DNA from: Telmatocola sphagniphila
Lineage (GTDB): Bacteria; Planctomycetota; Planctomycetia; Gemmatales; Gemmataceae
Reading direction: 5' to 3'
Length of the DNA stretch: 32,000 bases
NCBI RefSeq assembly: GCF_018398935.1
Contig: NZ_CP074694.1
Coordinates: forward strand, 5,820,001 to 5,852,000
Each line of letters opens with the position of its first letter. The first letter of the stretch is position 1. Made by a program: the position numbers and the translations under genes. The notes beneath the pieces were generated by a model. The model did no database searches, was not told the origin of the DNA, and saw nothing but the letters and a program-made list of their open reading frames with translations. Shown here in pieces: positions 7,773 through 15,919 of the stretch.

Positions 7773-9634
7773 GGCTGACCTCGTTCCGCGAACAGACCCT
7801 TCAAGTTTTTCAACGCCGACTCGACTGCGCTCGAAGCCGTCTGGCCCAAACCGCAGATGGAAGCATCCCGCATGACCTGACCGATTTCTTTAAGAAGATT
7901 CAATTCTTCTTCGCGACTCACCAGCGGCTGCTGGCTCCTGAGCCTATGAAATAACTCTTCCTGGCGAACCGTTCCTACCCGGCAGGGGACGCACTGGCCG
8001 CAGGATTCAGCTCGGAAGAATTCGGCGATGCGAGTGAGGATGTCGGTCATATCGACGCGATCATCGAAGATGATAATCACGCCCGAGCCAAGCGTGGCGT
8101 TGGCGGCTCGGGTTCCCTCGAAGGTGAGTGGAATATCCAGCTGATCGGGGCCGACAAAGACCCCGGCCGCTCCGCCGAGCAGAATCGCTTGAATCTTCCG
8201 ACCTTCAGGTACGCCGCCCGCTATCTCAATCATCTGGCGAAGTGTTGGGCCGAAAGTCGTCTCGTAGACGCCAGGCCGGGCAACATGACCCGAGAGGCAG
8301 AACAGTTTAGGCCCCGTAGAACTCTCCGTACCGAGTTGGGCATAGGCTTTGCCGCCCTCTTTCAGGATGAGTGGGATATTGACCAGCGTCTCAACGTTAT
8401 TGATGACCGTAGGCTTGCCAAACACACCCTCTTGAACGGGAAAGGGAGGCTTATTGCGAGGCTCGCCGCGTTTTCCTTCGATCGAATTGAACAGGGCAGT
8501 TTCTTCCCCGCAAATATACGCCCCGGCGCCGCGACGAATCTCGATATCGAAATTCAAACCCGACTCAAGAATATTCTCGCCGAGAAAGCCAGCGAATCGG
8601 GCCAAGTCGAGCGCCAGAGCTAAACGCTTGCCCGCCAGGGGGTACTCGCCGCGAAGATAGAGGAAGCCTTTTTCGCAGCCGGTGGCCAGCCCGGCGATGG
8701 TCATCCCCTCGAGAACGGCAAACGGGTCGCCTTCCATCAGAAGTCGATCTTTGAAGGTTCCCGGTTCGGATTCATCCGCGTTACAGACCAGGTAGTGGGG
8801 CTTCGCCGGCGCTTTCGCGACAGCCTCCCATTTTCGACCTGTGGGAAAGGCCGCGCCGCCACGGCCCATTAACTTGGAATCAAGAACTTCGCGAATTACC
8901 CCTTCGGAACCGAGTGCGAGGGCCTGTTTTAGCCGGGCATAGCCTCCAGAAAGAATATAAGCTTCAATACTTTCAGGATCGATTTTGCCGATCCGCTTTA
9001 GGAGTCGCAGCTCCCGTGAACCGGACGGAGGGATAGATCGGCTCAGATTTTGAAACGGCTCATCCACCGGCCAAGCGTTCTGCTTCAATCCCTGAGTAAT
9101 TTCTTCTCCACTGGTGGGAGCCAAAGTAATACCACGTGGTGTCGTAGCCGCTTGCAAAGTCAGGGCAGCGGGAGCCCGCTCGCAAAGTCCCAGGCAAGGA
9201 CTGCGCTGCCAACTTCCTGAGCCTGAGGGGCCTAACGTTTTTTCCAAATCCTGGCAGAGGTTTTCGCCACCTTTAATCCGGCAGGCAATATCGTCACAAA
9301 CATGGACCACCGTAGAAGGCCGAGGGCTAAGGCTGAAGAGGTGATAGAAGGTGGCAACGCCGTAAGCTTCTGCCGGGGGGACAGAGAGTCGCTGGCAGAT
9401 GTAGTTGAGGGCGCCTTCAGATACCCAACCGATACGCCCTTGCACGGCATGGAAGGCCTCGATCAAGCGATGCCGTTGAGTTCGCGATTCCTGACCTCCT
9501 ACTAATGCAATTCGGCCTTCCTCGTTCAAGTTGCGTAGTCCGCCCATCCAGGCCGAAGGGGCAGGGCCGAGCAGCCCGTCGACGGCTTCGCGCTCCTGAG
9601 GACTCGCCGTATCACCATGAATGTGAAGATCCAT
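7769..9634 (-). CDS. NAD(P)H-binding flavoprotein subunit of formate dehydrogenase (NuoE-like + NuoF-like fusion; FdsG-FdsB / Fdh1B type)
   Basis: 621 aa. The N-terminal part is NuoE-like (VCDDIACRIKG..., SPCLGLCERAP). The rest is NuoF-like (GRGGAAFPTGRKWE, YLVCNADESEPGTFKDR, ESCGQCVPCRVGT, ICGLGQTA). Its start overlaps the upstream stop (TGATG at 9632-9636). Confidence 0.9.
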   Translation of the reverse strand: MDLHIHGDTASPQEREAVDGLLGPAPSAWMGGLRNLNEEGRIALVGGQESRTQRHRLIEAFHAVQGRIGWVSEGALNYICQRLSVPPAEAYGVATFYHLFSLSPRPSTVVHVCDDIACRIKGGENLCQDLEKTLGPSGSGSWQRSPCLGLCERAPAALTLQAATTPRGITLAPTSGEEITQGLKQNAWPVDEPFQNLSRSIPPSGSRELRLLKRIGKIDPESIEAYILSGGYARLKQALALGSEGVIREVLDSKLMGRGGAAFPTGRKWEAVAKAPAKPHYLVCNADESEPGTFKDRLLMEGDPFAVLEGMTIAGLATGCEKGFLYLRGEYPLAGKRLALALDLARFAGFLGENILESGLNFDIEIRRGAGAYICGEETALFNSIEGKRGEPRNKPPFPVQEGVFGKPTVINNVETLVNIPLILKEGGKAYAQLGTESSTGPKLFCLSGHVARPGVYETTFGPTLRQMIEIAGGVPEGRKIQAILLGGAAGVFVGPDQLDIPLTFEGTRAANATLGSGVIIIFDDRVDMTDILTRIAEFFRAESCGQCVPCRVGTVRQEELFHRLRSQQPLVSREEELNLLKEIGQVMRDASICGLGQTASSAVESALKNLKGLFAERGQP

Positions 9635-11559
9635 CAGGACCGCACTTTCTGGGGCTCAATGCGCACCGCGGCGGCTTTGAACTCGGCCGTGCCTGCTTTA
9701 GGATCGGTGAAGTCGATCGTCAGCAGGTTGGTGGCTACTTCGTCCGGAAAATGGAAGGTCATGAAAGTTAGTCCCGGCCGCAATCCCCGATCGATTCGGG
9801 CCGGGACTTCCAGGCTGCCGCGACGCGAGATCACTTTCACCAGATCGCCGTCATGCACTCCGAGAGTCTGGGCATCTTCGGGAGAGACGTCCAGCGTTTC
9901 GCCGCGACGCAGCGGCGATTGATAACCCGCGGTTTGCACGCCGGTGTTGTAGTCATCGAGCCGCCGACCAGTAGTCAGTCGATAGGGATATTCGGGGCTG
10001 AGCTTTTCATGCGGCGGGTCATGCTCGACGGGATTAAAAGCCACTCGGGGGCCATTCAAAGGTTGTTCCCAGAGACGGCTATGCAGGAACATTTCCCCGG
10101 GATGATTTTCATCGTAGCAGGGCCATTGCAGTCCGTTGTGTTTTTCCAATCGGGCATAACTCAGCCCGGCGTGTGCAGGACTCAAGGCGCGAACTTCGTT
10201 CCAGATGTCCTCACTCTTGGGTTTACCCCAATCGTGTCCCAGCCGGCGAGCCAGTTCGAAGAGGATATCGAGATCATCGCGAGCCTGGCCGGGTGGATTC
10301 AAGGCTTTTCGAACGCGCTGAACCCTTCGTTCGCTGTTTGTGACAGTCCCTTCGCTTTCGCACCAACCGGCAGCAGCTGGTAGCACGACTGTGGCCAGTT
10401 CCGCCGTCTTGGTCAGGAAGATATCCTGAACCAGGAGAAAATCGAGGCTTTCCAAGAGTCGTCGGGCTCGGGTTTGATCGGCTTCGGACTGGAGTGGGTT
10501 TTCGCCAATCACGTAAAGCGCTTGCAGTTCGCCATGCTCCATCGCCTCAAACATTTGCGTGAGGTTCAAGCCGCGTTTTGGGGGGATTTTGGCCCCCCAG
10601 TGTTTCTCGAACTTCAAGCGGAACTCATCGACTTCGACGTGCTGAAAGCCGGGCAATCGATCGGGCAGGGCTCCCATGTCGCCGCCGCCTTGCACATTAT
10701 TCTGGCCGCGAAGGGGATTCAGGCCGCAGCCATAGCGGCCGACTTTACCGGTCAACAACGCCAGATTGATCAGCGACAGCACATTATCGACGGCATTATG
10801 ATGTTCGGTTATGCCTAGGGTCCAGCAGATAATTCCTTTATCCGCTTTGGCGTACGTATGCGCCAGTTCGCGGATCACCCGGGCCGGGACGCCCGTTTCC
10901 CGCTCCGCATACTGCAGCGTGTAGGATTCGACAGCCTTTCGATATTCCTCGAACCCAGTGGTGGCGTGGTCAATGAACTGCTGGTTCTGTAATCCGGCCG
11001 CGATGATCTCGCGACCGACGGCATTCGACAAAGCAATATCGGTTCCGATATCCAGACCCAGCCACTGGTCGGCCCATTGCGTGGAACTGGTTCGACGGGG
11101 ATCGATGGCGAAGAGCTTGGCTCCGTTATGTATGCCCTTGAGGAGATGATGAAAGAAGATCGGGTGCGTCTCCCGGGCGTTAGAGCCCCAAAGGAGAATC
11201 ACCTCAGTCTCTTCGATTTCGCGGTAGGAATTGGTGCCGCCGCCCATCCCAAAGACTGTCGCCAGACCGACGACGCTTGGGGCATGTCAGGTGCGGTTGC
11301 AGCTATCGATGTTATTACTGCCAATCACCACGCGAGTAAACTTTTGAGCGATGTAGTTCATCTCGTTGGTAGTTTTAGAACAGCTGAATAACCCGTAGGC
11401 TTCAGGCCCCTGTTTTTCGACAACTCGCTGCAATCCCTGGGCCGCTCGGTCAAGCGCTTCTTCCCAGGTGGCGGGTCGTAATGAACCGTTTTCGCGAACG
11501 AGAGGAGTTGTCAGTCGGGGATAAGGTTTCTTCGGGGTTCTGTTGTTCATGTTCCACAT
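9634..11559 (-). CDS. fdhA: formate dehydrogenase catalytic (Mo/W-bisPGD) subunit, selenocysteine-containing; lacks the usual N-terminal Fe-S domains
   Basis: Track ORFs 11287..11559 and 9634..11247 share one frame and are separated only by a TGA (11287-11289). The readthrough product reads ...AQKFTRVVIGSNNIDSCNRT-U-HAPSVVGLATVFGMGGGTNSY..., colinear with E. coli FdhF around Sec140. Downstream motifs include GLNPLRGQNNVQGGGDMGALP. The product is 641 aa including Sec. An alternative ATG lies at 11550. Confidence 0.85.
11248..11289 (-). promoter_or_regulatory. UGA(Sec) codon plus bacterial SECIS hairpin
   Basis: The mRNA is UGACAUGCCCCAAGCGUCGUCGGUCUGGCGACAGUCUUUGGG. The outer stem is CCCAAG/UUUGGG and the inner stem is GUCGUC/GGCGAC (one G-U pair). 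The apical loop GGUCU sits at +22..+26 from the U of UGA. As I recall it, the E. coli fdhF SECIS has the same loop sequence at the same spacing. Confidence 0.75.
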
Positions 11560-11688
11560 CCGAAGTGAATTGATTCTCTATAAAGTCTAAATTAATTGTA
11601 GGTTCCTGACAGAGAGCGGACAATCAAACCGCTTCAGAGCGATACCTTTGAAAATCCCCTCCTTCCTTTTTTAACCGGGTGAGTACTG

Positions 11689-12516
11689 ATGACCCAGTCC
11701 GAAATCCCGGAAGGCCCTGTTCCCGAGTCGATCCAGACCCGAAAAATTGTTGCGATCCCCGCCGTCGGCACGGAGGAGGCCCGGATAGATCCGGTGGCCG
11801 TCGAGGCGCCGTTGGAGTTACGTATTAACGGACAGGCGGAAACCGTGATGATGCGAACGCCCGGCCACGATGAGGAACTGGTTCTCGGTTTCCTGTATGC
11901 GGAGAATGTGATATCGGAAATAGGCGATATCGTCGCGATGGAACGGCCGAATGCGGAAAATATCCAAATTATTGATGTGAAGCTCACCTCCACTCGCAAG
12001 TTTCAGGGAATGGATCGTCCCCTCTACAGCAATTCCAGCTGTGGAGTTTGTGGTAAGCGCTCTCTTGCTTCGCTGGAAGTGCACGGCCCGCGCCTGGAAT
12101 CGGATTTTCGTTTAAATCGCAATCTGTTGTGCCCCCTGCCCGGTCGGTTGCGGAAGAATCAAAAATTATTTAGCGAAACCGGGGGAGTTCATGCGGCCGG
12201 GCTCTTTAGTCCGGAAGGTTCGCTGGTCACACTTCGGGAAGATGTGGGCCGGCATAACGCGCTCGACAAACTGATTGGCTGGGCCTTAAGTGAAGGTCTG
12301 GTTCCACTCAACGAGTTTATTCTTCTCCTTTCGGGAAGAGTGAGCTACGAACTGATTCAGAAAGCTATCCGAGCCTCGATCCCAGTCGTGGCAGCGGTCG
12401 GGGCGCCCTCGACGCTAGCCATCGAATTGGCCGAGCAGTTCGGCATCACCCTCCTGGGTTTTCTGAAAAACGATCACTTCAATTGCTACTCGCACTCTTC
12501 ACGCATCGCTCTCTGA
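11689..12516 (+). CDS. fdhD: formate dehydrogenase accessory sulfurtransferase FdhD
   Basis: 275 aa. Motifs are SSCGVCGK and the signature DVGRHNALDKLIGW. It is divergently oriented from the FDH operon. Confidence 0.9.
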   Translation: MTQSEIPEGPVPESIQTRKIVAIPAVGTEEARIDPVAVEAPLELRINGQAETVMMRTPGHDEELVLGFLYAENVISEIGDIVAMERPNAENIQIIDVKLTSTRKFQGMDRPLYSNSSCGVCGKRSLASLEVHGPRLESDFRLNRNLLCPLPGRLRKNQKLFSETGGVHAAGLFSPEGSLVTLREDVGRHNALDKLIGWALSEGLVPLNEFILLLSGRVSYELIQKAIRASIPVVAAVGAPSTLAIELAEQFGITLLGFLKNDHFNCYSHSSRIAL

Positions 12517-12686
12517 GCTTAGGTGGTCGCAAGTCTATCGTTACAGACATGTTACTACGTCCTTGACCAATTTGTGGTAGAAAGAATTCACGCATTGGAC
12601 TGGCGCAAACGAAATGCCAGGTTTCCGACTTTTGCTGGTTGTCTCAAGAACGCTGAGCGTTCTCCTTACTTCTCCGAGGTCTATTT

Positions 12687-15600
12687 ATGTTAAAAAAAAC
12701 AGTTGTCACTCTGGCGATCACCGCCGGTGCGGTTTCTACCGGGATGTATTGGCTGGGTAATCCCAGTCATGCTGAACCCCAAAAACAACTTGCAAGCAAT
12801 TCTGAAGCACGGGAGCCTCGCGAACCCCGGCAGGATGATCCTCTGAAAGCCACGGCCAAATTACCCATCACTCAGGTGGTGATGTTCAACAGCGGCGTCG
12901 GCTACTTCCAGCGCTCCGGGCCGGTCGATGGCGATGCCCGAGTCGAATTGTTGTTTCCAGCCTCCGGCATCAACGACATGATCAAAACGTTGGTCATCTC
13001 GGACAGTAAAGGCAAAATCACGCCTTTACGATACGACAGTCAGGAGCCGATTGAGAAGACACTGAAGAGTTTTGGAATCGACCTCAGCGGCAATCCCTCC
13101 TACGGTCAATTGATCAATCAGATACGCGGCGAAAAAGTCGAAGTGACCATGGGTAACACCGGGAATCTGCCCGCAACCATGCAAGGTACGATCATGGGCA
13201 TGGAATCGCAGATGCGCGGCGAGCCAGGTAAGCCTGCAACGGAAAAAGAGTTTCTGAATCTTCTCTGCTCGGAAGGGTTGCGCAATATTCCACTCGCGGA
13301 TATTCAGCGGGTGCGTTTCCTCAACCCGGTTCTCGAATCGGAATTGAAACGAGCTCTGGAAGTCGTTTCCATTGGCCATGATTCGCAGAAGAAAACGGTT
13401 CGCCTCGGATTTCGGGGCGAAGGGAAGCGGGACGTCAAGGTCAGTTATGTGGCCGAGCACCCGATTTGGAAAACGAGCTATCGCATTCGGCTGGATAAGA
13501 ACGGCAAAGCCAAAATGGAGAGCTGGGCTACGGTCGATAACACTTCCGACGAAGACTGGCAGGATGTGAAGCTGGTGCTGGTTTCCAGCCGGCCGATCAG
13601 CTACCAGATGGACATGTACGCTCCGCTGAATATTCCCCGGCCTATCGTGGAGCCGGAACTGTTCGCCTCACTTCGCCCACCTACTTACGGTGGCCCCATC
13701 GCCAGCGGTGGTAATGGGATATTCACCCAGCCGTTAACCAATCCCATATATGCGAACAATTCGATTCCATTGCAGAATGGTGGTATCGGAGGTGGAATAA
13801 ATGGAGGATTTCAGGGCCCGGGGAATCCGGGAGGACAGGGCGGACAACTTGGATTTGGCGGTGGTCAAATGGGTTTCGGAACCCAAGGCGGCTTTAATCT
13901 ACCGGCCAACAAATACCAGAACTTCGCCAATAATGAACAGGCGGCCGCCAATGGAAAGTTGAGTTATCAGGAGTTCGCCAACCGCCGACTTCAAGATAAC
14001 AACAATAAGGCAGCCAAGCCCAACCAGGCGGAGGTCCAGCAGGCGGCCCAGGTGGGCAGCATCATCTCCGATGTCGATCCTAAACTCATCGAAGCGGCTC
14101 TGGCCTCCTCCGAACTGGGGAATCCGTCCCGATTTGTGGTCGAAGAGAAGATTCGTCTTCCCCGTCAGCAAAGTGCGATGATTCCGCTGTTTGATCTGCC
14201 CTTGGAAAGCGAGCAGGTCAGTATTTACAATCCTCGCGTGCAGGCCAAGCACCCGCTGAACGGCTTGCGAATCAAAAATCCTACCAAACAATCTCTGATG
14301 CAGGGGCCCATCAGTATCGTCAGCGACGATCAATATGTGGGGGAATCCCGCATTCAGGATCTTCAGCCGGGCGAACAGCGGTTCGTCAGCTATGCCGTGG
14401 ATGTGGGCGTCGAAATCAAGCCGTATGATACGGTCAGCCCCAGCCCGACGATGACGGTATCGGTGAACAACAATCAACTCAGCGTGGGGTATCGCCTGCG
14501 TTCCACCCGCACGTACGCGATCAAAAACAATACCCCCGAAGATCGCGTGATCATCATCGAGCAGGCGCTCCGAACCGGCTGGCAACTGGTCGACGAAAAG
14601 AGTGCTTTGGAGACAACTCGCGATCTTTATCGATTCAAGGTTCCGGTCAAATCGGGGGAACTGGTCAAGTACGAAGTGAAAGAAGAACTGCCCAGGATTG
14701 ATCCCTTTGCCATTACCAAGCACACCAATTGGAATGGTTTTGCCACGACACTGGGACTGGATGTCTGGACCACCAACGAACGCGACCCGGAAGAGAAATT
14801 TTCCGTCCGCGTCGATAACCCGAACCTGATTGTCGTCACCCATAAAGATCGACGCAAGGTGACTTATAACATCGTCAATCGTTCCGATGTGGAACGCACG
14901 ATTGATCTCGAGCATTTCCTCCCGGCCGATCGCCAGATTATCGGGGAAATGAAGCCCGATCCGCAGAATAAGCTCAAATTCACGACTAAACTCGTGCTTC
15001 CCGCCTTGAAAAAGGATGTCGAGCCCAAACCGGTGACCTTCACGGTCGTTGAAGAAAACCGCGATACGATTCACGAGCCGTTCTCCCTGGTTGGCATCAC
15101 CCAGCGCGGGCCAGTCTCGGCTGTGCCCGCTCCGGCCAGCGTGGAAGATCTGCCACCCGCCCGCTTCATTACTCCTCTGGGAATTGAAGTCTGGCATCGC
15201 ACGGAAGTCCTGCCGGAAACCCTCGTCAGTGGCAAGTTCAGTAAGGGACTTTTCGACGCCTCCATCCATGATCGTCTGAAGCATGTGTACACAATTCGCA
15301 ACACCGCAGCCGCCGCTCGCACAATTATGGTGGAGCAAATTATTCCCGCAGGCTCGTCGCTGGCCGGGACTACACAAGTGGCTGGTCAAGGAGGTGCACG
15401 CAAAGAGTATGTCGTCGCCGTGGATGCGGGTAAGATCCAGGTTCAGGACAGTATTGTCGAAACGAAAGTGAAGCGTTCCTGGACCTTCGAACAGTTGTTG
15501 GCGATGCCGGAAGAGACTTTGAAGAGTTACACCAAGTCCGACAAACTGGCAAAAAATGTTCAGGAAGCTTTGGAAAAAGGTCTGGGCATGCTGACGGCGT

Positions 15601-15854
15601 TGCGAACTCTGGAAGCATCGTTGAAAGAGCAGGCGGCTGCGATCAAGTCGATCACCGAAGAACAGAAGCGTGTGACCGAAGCATTCGAAAAGCTGCCCAA
15701 TTCGACGCCTCTCTATAAGCGGTATCTGGAGAAGCTGGAGAAACTGGAAACCAGCCTTGAGAAATCGCAATCCAGCGTGAAAGAAATGGAAGAGAGCCAG
15801 AAGAAGCAAAAAGCCGAATACGAAGCCTATGTCAAGAAGTTGACGGCCGAGTAA
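12687..15854 (+). CDS. large exported DUF4139-like (MuiA-like) protein with a low-complexity insert, tandem C-terminal modules and a coiled-coil tail
   Basis: 1055 aa with GAGG 7 nt upstream of the ATG. The N-terminus is hydrophobic (VVTLAITAGAVSTGMYWL). Segments such as YVAEHPIWKTSYRIRLD...ATVDNTSDEDWQDVKLVLVSSRPISY and GPISIVSDDQYVGESRIQDLQPGEQRFVSYAVD resemble DUF4139 as I remember it. The family assignment is unverified. Confidence 0.85.
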   Translation: MLKKTVVTLAITAGAVSTGMYWLGNPSHAEPQKQLASNSEAREPREPRQDDPLKATAKLPITQVVMFNSGVGYFQRSGPVDGDARVELLFPASGINDMIKTLVISDSKGKITPLRYDSQEPIEKTLKSFGIDLSGNPSYGQLINQIRGEKVEVTMGNTGNLPATMQGTIMGMESQMRGEPGKPATEKEFLNLLCSEGLRNIPLADIQRVRFLNPVLESELKRALEVVSIGHDSQKKTVRLGFRGEGKRDVKVSYVAEHPIWKTSYRIRLDKNGKAKMESWATVDNTSDEDWQDVKLVLVSSRPISYQMDMYAPLNIPRPIVEPELFASLRPPTYGGPIASGGNGIFTQPLTNPIYANNSIPLQNGGIGGGINGGFQGPGNPGGQGGQLGFGGGQMGFGTQGGFNLPANKYQNFANNEQAAANGKLSYQEFANRRLQDNNNKAAKPNQAEVQQAAQVGSIISDVDPKLIEAALASSELGNPSRFVVEEKIRLPRQQSAMIPLFDLPLESEQVSIYNPRVQAKHPLNGLRIKNPTKQSLMQGPISIVSDDQYVGESRIQDLQPGEQRFVSYAVDVGVEIKPYDTVSPSPTMTVSVNNNQLSVGYRLRSTRTYAIKNNTPEDRVIIIEQALRTGWQLVDEKSALETTRDLYRFKVPVKSGELVKYEVKEELPRIDPFAITKHTNWNGFATTLGLDVWTTNERDPEEKFSVRVDNPNLIVVTHKDRRKVTYNIVNRSDVERTIDLEHFLPADRQIIGEMKPDPQNKLKFTTKLVLPALKKDVEPKPVTFTVVEENRDTIHEPFSLVGITQRGPVSAVPAPASVEDLPPARFITPLGIEVWHRTEVLPETLVSGKFSKGLFDASIHDRLKHVYTIRNTAAAARTIMVEQIIPAGSSLAGTTQVAGQGGARKEYVVAVDAGKIQVQDSIVETKVKRSWTFEQLLAMPEETLKSYTKSDKLAKNVQEALEKGLGMLTALRTLEASLKEQAAAIKSITEEQKRVTEAFEKLPNSTPLYKRYLEKLEKLETSLEKSQSSVKEMEESQKKQKAEYEAYVKKLTAE

Positions 15855-15873
15855 GTCCTTGGAACGAAAAAAC

Positions 15874-15903
15874 GAGAGCCGCGAGGGAATCCTCGCGGCT
15901 CTC
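15874..15903. terminator. bidirectional terminator hairpin between convergent genes
   Basis: GAGAGCCGCGAGG-GAAT-CCTCGCGGCTCTC is a perfect 13-bp stem. It is preceded by AAAAAAC and lies between the stops at 15854 (+) and 15920 (-). Confidence 0.8.
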
Positions 15904-15919
15904 GGCACTTTCCGTTCGA

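Noticed and set aside
11634-11999. A 121-aa minus-strand ORF across the fdhD start and the FDH/fdhD intergenic region.
   Set aside because: It overlaps the well-supported fdhD N-terminus in antisense. It has no motifs and a Ser/Ile/Thr-rich composition.
12647-12663. A hairpin/palindrome, AGAACGC-TGA-GCGTTCT, 24 nt upstream of the 1055-aa gene's ATG.
   Set aside because: It is a real 7-bp inverted repeat, but nothing ties it to a regulator or a terminator. There is no U-tract, and fdhD ends 130 nt earlier. I note it only as a possible 5'-UTR structure.
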